DNA of 64,000 nt from a virus, in the IMG/VR virus record IMGVR_UViG_3300025645_000042, positions 1-64,000 of that record; one strand, written 5' to 3'. The notes under the pieces are model-generated. The model saw nothing but the letters and a program-made list of their open reading frames with translations. It searched no databases and had not been told where the DNA came from. Position numbers and translations under genes: made by a program. Positions 33,517 to 43,725 of this stretch are shown in pieces. The number at the start of each line of letters is the position of its first letter. Position 1 is the stretch's first letter.

Positions 33517-34050
33517 ATGAAGAGTAAGGAAGATATAATAGCCTTTATATATAAGGCATTAATATTAGGAATAATAACCAGTCAAATTTACATGATTATA
33601 TGTGAGGAAATAAATTTCTTCACATTAGTGTCTGCATTTGTGATGATTATATATTTGGTATTTAGATTTTACTTATTATTCAAGTTATCGAGGGATGCTA
33701 CAAAGATGGGCATACCTTTTTCAGAGTTTTTAAAAACTAGGTGTCTTGGTTGTCGTGAAAAAAGTGAAAATTGTACTTGTAATAAATTATAACCTAATAT
33801 TGGTTAAATAATTTATAACCAATTCTTTTGCATATTTTTCATCACAAGCAAAAATGTTAATAATAATTTGGATAATATCCGAAGCTATCATAGCTTTATT
33901 GAGGGTTTGTTTAATAGGGTAGTGTTTTCTATCTTTTCTAAGATAACCTTCAGGAATGATGATAGCATTAGCCCACTTATTACGGTGGTCTCTGGTTCTC
34001 TTGATAGGGAATTCAGATTTAATAAAGTCGATTATAATATTTTTGTGCAT
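33517..34050. CDS. two convergent hypothetical proteins (33517-33792 +, membrane; 33787-34050 -)
   Basis: ORF track; TM segments in the first. Confidence 0.55.
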
Positions 34051-34148
34051 AACTTTACTAATAAATAGTTGGATTATCTACATAAATTTGTTATCTTTGA
34101 TAATAATAAGCCTTTGCCAAAAAGGCAATTAAAAAAAATTTAAAAAAT

Positions 34149-34463
34149 ATGGCATTAGAAATTACAAGTAAGAATTTTGATTCTCTATTATCGGAAAAAG
34201 AAGTGGTAGTAGTAGATTTTTGGGCACCATGGTGTGGACCCTGTAAAATGATGGGACCAGTCGTAGATGATTTGGCCAAAGAAAACGATAGTGACAGTAC
34301 TATTATTGGAAAAATAAATGTTGATGACAATTCAGATTTAGCGGCTAAATTTGGGATTAGAGGAATACCGACATTAGTATTTTTCAAAGATGGTGAGGCT
34401 GTTGAGCGTGTATCGGGAGTTAAATCAAAAGTGGAGATAGAAGAAATCTTAAAAAATCTTTAA
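34149..34463 (+). CDS. trxA: thioredoxin
   Basis: VDFWAPWCGPCK active site, GIPTLVFFKDG. Confidence 0.95.
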   Translation: MALEITSKNFDSLLSEKEVVVVDFWAPWCGPCKMMGPVVDDLAKENDSDSTIIGKINVDDNSDLAAKFGIRGIPTLVFFKDGEAVERVSGVKSKVEIEEILKNL

Positions 34464-34518
34464 CGATATAAACCCTCCTAAAAGAGGGTTTTTTCATTTA
34501 TAATGTATATTTATTAGT

Positions 34519-35317
34519 ATGAGTAAAAAATTAATCATAAATAAAAGGCAATTAGGTATCATCAGTAACTATGTTAGTGAGAATATGGCTAATGTCAGAT
34601 TGAAAAATAAGATTCACGAATTCTTGGATGTTGACTATGAGCCATCAATGGGAGTTAAGAAGATGGCTAATGAATTTTATAATCAACCATTAATCAATAA
34701 AAAGATTGATGGGTCATCGATTACGCCACAGGCATTAGCTGATTATATTACTCATAAATTTGCTGGAATTAGCAAGTCGGAAATAAATGATTGTATTGAA
34801 GGTTGGTATTATGGTGATTATGATAAAGAGACGGGTATGAGACGGAAAAAATAAGTTAATCAATTAACTATAATCTAGCCTATCATTTATTTATAAACGA
34901 TAGGTTTTTTTTATAAATAAAAGTAAATTTTATTGATGTTTAGGATATTGATTTGATATTTATCTATAACTTAAAAAAGGTAATAGTATGAAATTTAAAA
35001 ATCAAAACCTTACTACCTTGGGAGACAAGTTCTCAGGTAGAATTCACGAAGCTTTTAGAAGCAGTTCCATTAATAAATTATTCACTGATATTGAAATTGA
35101 CCGTATCATAACTTACAATGAAGTCCTTGGGGAGTTTATTGATTTAGGTTATCAACATTTATATGATGAGTTTGAGATTAGAATTTGCGTTGGTGAATGC
35201 CCTAATTTAATATTAGAAGAATTAATCACAAGGGAAGAATCTAAACCCACATTAGGTTATTTATTAGGGCAGATTAGTTATTTTATTGATAAAGACATTA
35301 TGAAATTATTTGACTAA
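34519..35317 (+). CDS. two hypothetical proteins (34519-34854, 34988-35317)
   Basis: First is preceded by the TATTTAT late-type motif. Confidence 0.7.
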
Positions 35318-35373
35318 ACGTTTGTTTATTCCGATTTTTTTGTATATATTTGTAAATTAAAGAGTAAATTGTT

Positions 35374-36819
35374 TTGAGTAAACAAAAAAATCCTATTAAA
35401 CGTATCGAATTTTTGGCTAAGAAATTTGATGTCTTCGATGATGAAGACCTTGATAAATTGGTTAAGAAAGACTTTTACTTGTCAAATAATGAACAGTATG
35501 AACATTTATATAATATAAAGGACACTGGTGAAAACCAGTTATATGCTTTATATACATTTAACCAACGTTTATTAAAAAATACTGGTGCTAAGGTTCCAAA
35601 GAAAATTAGGATTGCTGATTTTGTTTTTATTGATGTTGTTCAAAACGACCCGACTGAACATAAAGAATATGTTCAATGGATGTTGACGACATTTACTAGA
35701 TTGATAAAAGAGAATGAATTAATGCAAGCGTTAATGTTTGTTAGCGAGGATTTATGGTTAGCTTCTGATTATCTTGAGGTATTTCATAAGAATAGACATA
35801 AACCAAAGTTTAAAGCAATGTGCAGACGTAATTTAGCGTTTGCTAATATTACTGACCCATCAGATATTAATCAGTATAGGGATTTATCCCAATTATTTGA
35901 TGCAGTTGACCCTTTTATTGAAAAGGACGTTAGTAAATTGGAAAGGGATATTAGGATTATGGCCAAGTTAAAGCATGGTGCCATTCCTTACGAAGATAGA
36001 TATGTAATAATTTTCAATCCAATTACGATTAAAGCTAGTAGGTTATTTGCAAAATTAACCAATTGGTGTACCACATCTAATAAAGATACTCATAAGAGTT
36101 ATATTAAGAATTATAAAACACCAACGGGAAAAAAGAGTACATTACATGTACTTATTTTTAAAACATATTTGTTAGAAGATGGTAATCCTAATAAAACTGA
36201 TGATATTTATCAATTTCATTTTGAAAGTGGTCAATTTATGAACAGAAAAGATGGAAGAATTAAAGATATTCCATCGTTGATTAGTGGTAATATTGGGTTA
36301 AAAAAATACTTTTACAATTCATTGGTTAAATTGACCATGGAGTGTAAATTTAATAAATTAAATAACAAGTATATAAATGCGTTATTCGAATTTGGATTTG
36401 TTGATGTAATATTTGAGATATATCCAGATGACACTAAACAATTAAGGTTTCATGGATTTAATATATCTGAAACCCCAGATATTAGTAAATTTAGTAACTT
36501 AAAATTATTATATTTAGTTAATTGTAAGTTAGAAAGAATAGACCCAAGTGTGGGAGCATTAAAAGAGTTAACTATGTTAACGTTAACTAATAATAAATTA
36601 AAAACTATACCCAAGACTATTGGTAATTTAAAAAAGTTAAGGGTATTATCTTTAACTGGTAACTCGATAAAGGGTTTACCTGAAGAATTAGGTCAATTAG
36701 ATAAAGCTAACGGTGGTTCACTGGAAATTTTATCAGTTGATAATGAATTGTTTGAAGAGGCTAGTGAATTATTTCCTAGTATAATTGTAAATCAATTCGA
36801 TAAAATAATGAGTAAATAA
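35374..36819 (+). CDS. PcfJ-like domain plus C-terminal leucine-rich repeat protein
   Basis: TNWCT...QFHFESGQFMNRKD (PcfJ-like); about four LxxLxLxxNxLxxIPxxIGxL repeats. Confidence 0.75.
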   Translation: MSKQKNPIKRIEFLAKKFDVFDDEDLDKLVKKDFYLSNNEQYEHLYNIKDTGENQLYALYTFNQRLLKNTGAKVPKKIRIADFVFIDVVQNDPTEHKEYVQWMLTTFTRLIKENELMQALMFVSEDLWLASDYLEVFHKNRHKPKFKAMCRRNLAFANITDPSDINQYRDLSQLFDAVDPFIEKDVSKLERDIRIMAKLKHGAIPYEDRYVIIFNPITIKASRLFAKLTNWCTTSNKDTHKSYIKNYKTPTGKKSTLHVLIFKTYLLEDGNPNKTDDIYQFHFESGQFMNRKDGRIKDIPSLISGNIGLKKYFYNSLVKLTMECKFNKLNNKYINALFEFGFVDVIFEIYPDDTKQLRFHGFNISETPDISKFSNLKLLYLVNCKLERIDPSVGALKELTMLTLTNNKLKTIPKTIGNLKKLRVLSLTGNSIKGLPEELGQLDKANGGSLEILSVDNELFEEASELFPSIIVNQFDKIMSK

Positions 36820-36876
36820 CTACATACCCTCTTTTGTTTTTATTTATTCATTTAGTTAATTATAAATAAAAAAGAA

Positions 36877-37410
36877 ATGGAATTAAAAGACATGATTTGG
36901 AAGAGGGTACACCACGGTGATATCAAGGAACCATTAGTTGATTATTTAGAAAAAATAATCGATGAGCAACACGAAATAGGTAATAAACTTAAAATCTGTG
37001 TTGGTACGGATTCACAAAAAAATGGTAAAGGGTTTAAATACGCAACTGCTATTATAATTGAAATGAAATCCCCCGTTAATATGGGTGGTGGTAATATTGT
37101 TTATAAAGGTATTGGGGCTAAAGTAATTTCTGGTGTTTTCACTGAAAAACGAAAACCTACTATAAGAGAAAGGATGTTAAAAGAAGTTCAAATGTCTATT
37201 AATGTTTGTTTTCATATACTTGATTTAGTTGAATTATATGATATTGACATGGAAATCCATGCTGATGTTAATCCTAACCCAATGTGGGCATCTAATGTTG
37301 CTCTTACAGAGGTTGTAGGTTTCTGTAAAGGTATGAACTTTACATATAAAATTAAGCCCGACGCATATGCCGCAAGTTCGGGAGCCGACAGGCTCTGTAA
37401 TGGAGGATAA
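36877..37410 (+). CDS. YkuK/DUF458 RNase H-like protein
   Basis: VGTDSQ, EVQMS, EIHADVN, AAS.GAD acidic residues. Confidence 0.8.
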   Translation: MELKDMIWKRVHHGDIKEPLVDYLEKIIDEQHEIGNKLKICVGTDSQKNGKGFKYATAIIIEMKSPVNMGGGNIVYKGIGAKVISGVFTEKRKPTIRERMLKEVQMSINVCFHILDLVELYDIDMEIHADVNPNPMWASNVALTEVVGFCKGMNFTYKIKPDAYAASSGADRLCNGG

Positions 37411-37501
37411 TCATAAAAAGCACCCAATGGGTGCTTTTTTATTCCCAATTTTAAGGTAAATCAAATTAATTTTTGTATATTTGTAATAATATAAGAAACA
37501 T

Positions 37502-37708
37502 ATGAATATAAAGATTTCAAAGGGTACTGCTTGTGGTTCTGGTTATGGTTCTGGTAGAGGTAATGGTTCTGGTTATGGTAATGGTTCTGGTACTGCTTCT
37601 GGTTCTGGTTATGGTTGTGGTAATGGTAATGGTAATGGTTGGGGTGATGGTTATGGTAATGGTAGAGGTTCTGGTAATGGTAGAGGTTATGGTTATGGTA
37701 TAGGTTAA
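37502..37708 (+). CDS. glycine-rich (GX)n peptide 1 (68 aa)
   Basis: MNIKISKG plus GX repeats; TATATTTG promoter at about 37476-37483. Confidence 0.7.
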   Translation: MNIKISKGTACGSGYGSGRGNGSGYGNGSGTASGSGYGCGNGNGNGWGDGYGNGRGSGNGRGYGYGIG

Positions 37709-37720
37709 AAAATAAAACAT

Positions 37721-37840
37721 ATGAATATAAAGATTTCAAGAGGTTATGGTAGAGGTTCTGGTTATGGTTCTGGTTCTGGTACTGGTACTGGTTGGGGTGA
37801 TGGTTCTTGTGGTTATGGTTATGGTGATGGTAATGGTTAA
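37721..37840 (+). CDS. glycine-rich (GX)n peptide 2 (39 aa; not in the ORF track)
   Basis: MNIKISRGYGRGSGYGSGSGTGTGWGDGSCGYGYGDGNG. Confidence 0.7.
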   Translation: MNIKISRGYGRGSGYGSGSGTGTGWGDGSCGYGYGDGNG

Positions 37841-37852
37841 AAAATAAAACAT

Positions 37853-38107
37853 ATGAATATAAAGATTTCAAGAGGTGAGGGTAATGGTGATGGTGGTAAT
37901 GGTTGGGGTGATGGTGATGGTGATGGTTCTGGTAATGGTTATGGTGGTTATGGTTATGGTTATGGTAATGGTAATGGTTCTGGTTCTGGTGATGGTTCTG
38001 GTTCTGGTTGGGGTGATGGTAATGGTAATGGTAATGGTTATGGTAGAGGTTCTGGTGATGGTAATGGTTCTGGTGATGGTTCTGGTAATGGTTCTGGTAT
38101 AGGTTAA
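37853..38107 (+). CDS. glycine-rich (GX)n peptide 3 (84 aa)
   Basis: MNIKISRG leader and GX repeats. Confidence 0.7.
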   Translation: MNIKISRGEGNGDGGNGWGDGDGDGSGNGYGGYGYGYGNGNGSGSGDGSGSGWGDGNGNGNGYGRGSGDGNGSGDGSGNGSGIG

Positions 38108-38119
38108 AAAATAAAACAT

Positions 38120-38374
38120 ATGAATATAAAGATTTCAAGAGGTAATGGTAATGGTTCTGGTTATGGTTATGGTGCTGGTTCTGGTGATGGTTCTGGTTCT
38201 GGTTGGGGTGATGGTAATGGTTTTGGTTCTTGTGGTTATGGTTATGGTAGAGGTTCTGGTTATGGTGATGGTTCTGGTAATGGTAATGGTTCTGGTTCTG
38301 GTACTGGTTGGGGTAGAGGTGTTGGTGGTTATGGTAATGGTGATGGTAGAGGTTATGGTGATGGTAATGGTTAA
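38120..38374 (+). CDS. glycine-rich (GX)n peptide 4 (84 aa)
   Basis: MNIKISRG leader and GX repeats. Confidence 0.7.
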   Translation: MNIKISRGNGNGSGYGYGAGSGDGSGSGWGDGNGFGSCGYGYGRGSGYGDGSGNGNGSGSGTGWGRGVGGYGNGDGRGYGDGNG

Positions 38375-38386
38375 AAAATAAAACAT

Positions 38387-38677
38387 ATGAATATAAAGAT
38401 TTCAAGAGGTAATGGTTCTGGTTATGGTTATGGTTATGGTAATGGTGTTAGTTCTGGTTCTGGTGATGGTTCTGGTTCTGGTTCTGGTGGTTATGGTTAT
38501 GGTAGAGGTTATGGTAGAGGTTCTGGTTATGGTTATGGTAATGGTTCTGGTTATGGTAATGGTGATGGTAATGGTGGTAATGGTTGGGGTGATGGTTATG
38601 GTTATGGTTATGGTTATGGTAATGGTGATGGTTCTGGTAATGGTGATGGTGGTGGTAATGGTTATGGTAATGGTTAA
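38387..38677 (+). CDS. glycine-rich (GX)n peptide 5 (96 aa)
   Basis: MNIKISRG leader and GX repeats. Confidence 0.7.
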   Translation: MNIKISRGNGSGYGYGYGNGVSSGSGDGSGSGSGGYGYGRGYGRGSGYGYGNGSGYGNGDGNGGNGWGDGYGYGYGYGNGDGSGNGDGGGNGYGNG

Positions 38678-38740
38678 AAAAATGAAATAAATGTTGTATT
38701 TTATATTATTTATAGATATTTATATTAAAATACTAATGTC

Positions 38741-38953
38741 ATGACAGATAAAAACACAAAAGTAATTAAAATTAACGAGTCAAAACTTGTTGATATGATT
38801 AACGATATTGTTGAAGCAACTATAGTCGAAAGAAATTTAGTTCCAGCTGAAACCAAAAAAGTTTCTAAACCTATTAAGAAAAGAGTAACTGAATCTCAGT
38901 TAAGAGCTTTACAAGCTAAGGGAGCTAAAATCAACAGTATTAAAAAAATATAA
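38741..38953 (+). CDS. small late protein, possibly head-internal
   Basis: TATTTAT motif at 38717; KVIKINESKLVDMINDIVE N-terminus. Confidence 0.6.
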   Translation: MTDKNTKVIKINESKLVDMINDIVEATIVERNLVPAETKKVSKPIKKRVTESQLRALQAKGAKINSIKKI

Positions 38954-39036
38954 TCTAATAGATTATAATAATTAAAACCGTCTCTTCAGATGGTTTTTTT
39001 TATTTACTTATTTTAAAATTGTTTTATCTTTTTTTC

Positions 39037-39813
39037 ATGAAAGATAAAATTATTCTACCTGTAGGGAAGGCACATCAAAGAGTTATTAGGGAACAAAAAG
39101 AACTAGAAGAAAAACAATCTGGGGAAATACCAATTTGGGAATCCATCAACAGGGATATTTCAAATGCAGTGGTGAAACCAATAGAGCGTTCCTTAGCGAA
39201 GAAAATTGTTGAGGAATATGAATGGTTAGGTTGTATGCCAGCGTTCAGCAAATACCAGTTTGGCATCTTCTATGACGATGTTTGCGCTGGTGTTACAGTA
39301 TTTGGTACTGATTACATTGAAAATTTAGGTCATTGGGATAAATATTATTATACTGGACGTATGCTTTTATTGAGTAGAGGTGTTTGTGTTCATTGGGCAC
39401 ATCCACATTCTGGCAGTAAGTTAATTATGGAAAGTATAAAGCAACTTCCAAAGGAATATGATGTGATAACCGCTACAATTGACCAAGCAGCTGGTGAAAT
39501 TGGTACCATATATCAGGCTTGTAATTTCACATACATTGGTAGTATGCGTGAGAATAATCCAAAGATAAAGAATAAGAATCCAAGAGATAGGTTTGGTGTT
39601 AGAATTAATGGTAAGATTTATGGCCCTAGAGCTATGAGAACTAAAATTGGTAGTCAGAGAAAGGAAGAGATTTTAAAACACTTCCCAGATGCCGAATTCA
39701 TACCACAATTTAATAAACATAGATACTTTTATTTTTTAGGTAGTAAGAATAATAAGAGATTCTTGAAGAAACAGATTGAGCATATGATTAAACCTTATCC
39801 AAAGAGAAGTTAA
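39037..39813 (+). CDS. Mom-like GNAT-fold DNA (adenine) modification enzyme
   Basis: EYEWLG, LLLSRG..HWAH..SGSKL, ATIDQAAGEIGTIYQACNFTYIG pattern of Mu Mom homologues. Confidence 0.7.
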   Translation: MKDKIILPVGKAHQRVIREQKELEEKQSGEIPIWESINRDISNAVVKPIERSLAKKIVEEYEWLGCMPAFSKYQFGIFYDDVCAGVTVFGTDYIENLGHWDKYYYTGRMLLLSRGVCVHWAHPHSGSKLIMESIKQLPKEYDVITATIDQAAGEIGTIYQACNFTYIGSMRENNPKIKNKNPRDRFGVRINGKIYGPRAMRTKIGSQRKEEILKHFPDAEFIPQFNKHRYFYFLGSKNNKRFLKKQIEHMIKPYPKRS

Positions 39814-40966
39814 TTTCCTCCTTCAAATCTAAATATTGTTGCACACCTATTACATCTATGAAACTCGGTCCATGTGTAAGTATCACCCCAATCCGATTGA
39901 AATAATTTCCAATTATAATATCTTGGCCACTTAGAATTATTTACTATGTAAACATCAGAATCATTGAAGGGTTCTCTACATTTAGGACAATCTCCATATA
40001 GTCCTTTAGATTCAATCGATTCTTCTAATAAATCATCAGGTGCTGGCTCTTTATTTGGTGCGTATGCTTCAAAACCATTCATTATTTATATTTTTCAAGA
40101 ATAGCTAAAACTAATTTAAGAGGCACAGTTTTTCTCCATGGATTAGTTTCAGGGTAATCTTCATTTACCATATATATTTGTTCTAAAAATTCTATATCTT
40201 TTTTAATGTCCATTATATAAATTTTTTAAGTATGTTAAACCATTTATCCATAATTTCTTGGTAGGTATCACTATCCAAATTGTTCCAAACATCATCAAAA
40301 CCACTTCTATCAGTTAAATCGCTAACAATTTCATCGAAGGCATGATAAATATCTTTGTTTGATTTTCTATCAGATGGTGGAACATCTAGATATCTACATT
40401 GATTTATCTCATCCAAAAAATCATTGAAACGTCTTTTAACACACTCTATAACAGTTTCATCTTCATTTTCACGTAAATCTTCACCATCCCATAAAACATG
40501 TTCACCAAATAGAATAGCTTCATAATACCCATTGGTTTCATATTTAAATCCATATAGGTCATCACATTTATCGTTGAAATCGTAATTGATTAATTCTAGT
40601 TCTTTAAGAATTTCTTGCGTTAACATATTAATCTGCTATTAAAACTAAATTATAATCTCTAACGACTTTCCCTAGAATAACTTTTACTTTATCAATTATA
40701 TCATCGATTTGTGTTCCATCGTTTTTACCAGTCATGAAAAATCTTTCCCATAACCAACCTCTAAGTTCACTAAGGTTATCAAAATCACTAATAATTTTTT
40801 TCTGTTTCTTAGGGTTACTAAGTAAAAAATTTGAATAGTTAGAAATGTTAACACTAGGTTGTAATTCAACATAGCTGTATTTTAAGTTGGGTTCATATTC
40901 TGTCTTTACCCATACTTCAACTTCAAATAATGTTTTATTGTCTTTATCTCTTAAGTAAAATATCAT
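39810..40966 (-). CDS. three hypothetical proteins (39810-40082 with CxxC pairs, 40213-40626, 40628-40966)
   Basis: Operonic ORFs. Confidence 0.7.
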
Positions 40967-41403
40967 TCTTCTTCTAAAAATTTATCTTGATGTTTCATAA
41001 AATTCAATAATAATTTGATTATATTTTCAGCACCAGATGGATTAGCACTATGTACTGACCACAGTGGTAATTCTTTATTATAATCTAAACAATAATCAAC
41101 TAACCATTTGGCCGCATCCATTCCAGTTTTCTCTTGGAAGTCTTGTTCTTTGGACCAATCATTATAATCACCATATCTCTCTTCTGGAGCGTAGTGTTCA
41201 TCGGCTAAGTCATGGTCAAACGAAATCTTATGTGGTAATCCGTTGTGAATTATCCATTGTTCGAATTCTTCAAAGGTTTTAACCCAAATTACTACATCCA
41301 TATTCATTCTATCGGCAACAAATTCAGGGCAGAATTTATCTAAGAAAGAATTATATTTTGGACTACGATAATCATCGAGCCATAATAGCGTTTTAATCTT
41401 CAT
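40963..41403 (-). CDS. cyclic-phosphate-processing receiver-like domain protein
   Basis: LWLDDYRSP, ISFDHDL, TGMDAAKWL, HSANPSGAENI. Confidence 0.75.
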   Translation of the reverse strand: MKIKTLLWLDDYRSPKYNSFLDKFCPEFVADRMNMDVVIWVKTFEEFEQWIIHNGLPHKISFDHDLADEHYAPEERYGDYNDWSKEQDFQEKTGMDAAKWLVDYCLDYNKELPLWSVHSANPSGAENIIKLLLNFMKHQDKFLEEE

Positions 41404-41605
41404 TTACAATCCATCTATTTAATAACTTCCCTTCCATAGTTGGAAAGAAATCTGTTGAACCCATATCAGATATTGGTATTTCAAATGTTACTATCGCACC
41501 ATCATCTAACATAGTTGTATAATAAGCAACTCCAACTCTAATCATAGTTAAATTTGCTATTGGTTTTTGCTTGTATAAAGCTTTTTTAATTTCTGTTGTT
41601 GTCAT
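41393..41605 (-). CDS. hypothetical protein
   Basis: 70 aa ORF coupled to the receiver-like gene. Confidence 0.65.
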   Translation of the reverse strand: MTTTEIKKALYKQKPIANLTMIRVGVAYYTTMLDDGAIVTFEIPISDMGSTDFFPTMEGKLLNRWIVNED

Positions 41606-42316
41606 TTTATTTTTTTTTACCTACACATTTAACATATGTTACTTCAGAACTTCCATAATCGTCATAACCATAATAAACAGTACTTACATTGAAGTATACA
41701 TTTTCAATATTATACTTATCACTAAAATGTTTTATAATGATTTTTTCAGCTTCTTTGGGGGGTTAACTCAATTTCTATTTCTTCTTTAATTTTCATTTTG
41801 TTTTTGGGTTAAATCTTGACTTACCCTCTAATGTATTTCATTTTTGATGGTACACCATCTTGATATTCAGTAAGTTTAATTTTAGAATTATTCTTACGTT
41901 TTAAAGTTTGATACCAATCTAAAGTAATTTCTATTGTTGTTTTATTCATATTATTTTATATAATGTCTTACTGCTATGTCGTTATTACCACCATCTTCCC
42001 AAGCAATAATATAAAATCTACTTTTTTCTGTATCGTAGTAAACGTTATTATCTCTATCGGCAATCATTCCTTTTGGTAAATTTTTCATATTTCGTCTTCG
42101 TCTTTAATTTCTCTTATTGCTACCATTGCTAAATTAGTCATAGCTTTAGCCATATCAATAATACTGTTTCTTGAGCTATCATAATTTAAAACATACTTAT
42201 CCTTAACCAAACTAGGGTTAGATAATAACCCTTTAATAAGTTCTACAAATACTTTATCTCTGTCCATTAATTATATTTAGAACAAACATACAGAAAATAA
42301 TTTAAAAAAACAAGTT

Positions 42317-43723
42317 TTAATGTCCTCTATTTGAAATTAAATAATTGGGGGAGATTCTTTGGAAACCCATCTTGTTCCAGAATTCGATTGATTCTGGTTT
42401 TGGGGCCACGATAATTGAGTTTATTTCATTGAATAGTTGCCATAAACCATTTAAAGCTTCTTTCATTATATGTAGTTCTTCATATCCTTCTTTGAATTTC
42501 ATATCTACAAGTTCCAGTACTTTATCATCTTTAGGTGAAGATGTTACCACGATAATACCAGCATTTCTATCATTAAACTCAACTAATATAGAAATTGTGT
42601 CAGGTGTTTCATCAGTTATCATTAAATCCACCTTTTCTTTAATAAGTTTTTTTATGATTAATTTAGTTTCATCTAAACTCTTTTCCATTTTAGCCAATCC
42701 TTCATAATATTTAGGGTTCTCAAAAATATGGTCTTTAGCTATTTCATAAGCAACATCCTTATCAGATGTATGTTCTAATTCAACCTTAACACCCTTTGTT
42801 ATTGCTTTATTGATTACATCAATTGAAACGTCATGTTTCTTAGCAATATCTTCAACTGATTTAGTGTCAGCTAAACCACCTGGTATTTTATCACTTTTAG
42901 GGTCAAAAACTTTGCTACCATATTTTTTATCACTTTCAGAAATGCCTTTACGCCTATTTAATTCTTTTTTAACTCTTTGAATGGATTCTTCATTCCCTTC
43001 ATATCTTGATAAATTAACAATCATATCAGTTAAAGCATCATTTGAATATTCTTCAAATGATTCGTCTAAATTTTTATTATTCTCATTCATATTTAATACT
43101 TTTATATTTTTTGGGTCGAATACCATTCTAACTGTTGATTTTATTGAGCCACCTTCATAAGAATCCAAGACTCCTACTACATCCACATAATCAAATCCAA
43201 ACCATTCACCCAGAACTGCAACCACATCAGTTTTAAGACCACTGTCAGACTTTTGGTAGTATGCAAATTTTTTAATTGCTTCATCAATATCATTTTGAGA
43301 AATACCTGAGTTTATAAAACCACGTCTAACCTTATCAGTACTAATAAATCTAAATCTATCACCAGTTGCTACAATTGTAACTACATTACCATCAGCAACA
43401 TTAACCTTTAATAATTTTGGTTTTGTATTTTGGTAATCAAAAGCCCTTCTATCATCAGCATATGTTCTAGCTACAGAATTAATATTGGATAGGAAGATTG
43501 GTTTTCTCATGTCAAATTTAGCTTTGAACTTAGACATAATATCCAAATACTTCCAATAAGCCTTATCGTCCCCAGCTTCCCTACTTTGTTTTAATTTAGT
43601 TTGAATATCATAATATCCATCTAAATCATTAATATAATCAACAGAAATATTTCTAGCTGTGAAACCACCTTCTTTTTCCAACTCCCTTACATCGGGTGTT
43701 CCATGATACCAAACACTACTCAT
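42317..43723 (-). CDS. polyvalent protein: ADP-ribosyltransferase-like domain, DUF5661 and GNAT-like domain
   Basis: WYHGT...IFLS....ARTYA...MVFDPKNIK (ART); GGLAD...IAKKH...GVKVELEHT...IAKDH..ENPKYY (DUF5661); C-terminal IEFWNKMGF (GNAT). Confidence 0.65.
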   Translation of the reverse strand: MSSVWYHGTPDVRELEKEGGFTARNISVDYINDLDGYYDIQTKLKQSREAGDDKAYWKYLDIMSKFKAKFDMRKPIFLSNINSVARTYADDRRAFDYQNTKPKLLKVNVADGNVVTIVATGDRFRFISTDKVRRGFINSGISQNDIDEAIKKFAYYQKSDSGLKTDVVAVLGEWFGFDYVDVVGVLDSYEGGSIKSTVRMVFDPKNIKVLNMNENNKNLDESFEEYSNDALTDMIVNLSRYEGNEESIQRVKKELNRRKGISESDKKYGSKVFDPKSDKIPGGLADTKSVEDIAKKHDVSIDVINKAITKGVKVELEHTSDKDVAYEIAKDHIFENPKYYEGLAKMEKSLDETKLIIKKLIKEKVDLMITDETPDTISILVEFNDRNAGIIVVTSSPKDDKVLELVDMKFKEGYEELHIMKEALNGLWQLFNEINSIIVAPKPESIEFWNKMGFQRISPNYLISNRGH

Positions 43724-43725
43724 TT

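Larger units (their letters stand above)
37502..38677 (+). repeat. tandem array of five units: conserved linker GGTTAAAAAATAAAACATATGAATATAAAGATTTCAAG plus variable GGT-NNT hexamer tracts
   Basis: Linker (stop, A-rich TIR, MNIKIS) repeated at about 37703, 37835, 38102 and 38369. Confidence 0.9.

Noticed and set aside
37502-38677. CRISPR array (conserved repeat of about 38 nt with variable spacers)
   Set aside because: Spacers are 80-250 nt low-complexity GGT-NNT tracts, the repeat encodes stop, TIR and start, it is not palindromic, and there are no cas genes in the window.
37461-38690. His/Asn/Tyr-rich, Thr/Ile-rich and Met/Val-rich ORFs in other frames and on the other strand of the array
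   Set aside because: These are shadow frames of the hexamer repeat; only the Gly frame has a promoter and repeated start/stop punctuation.
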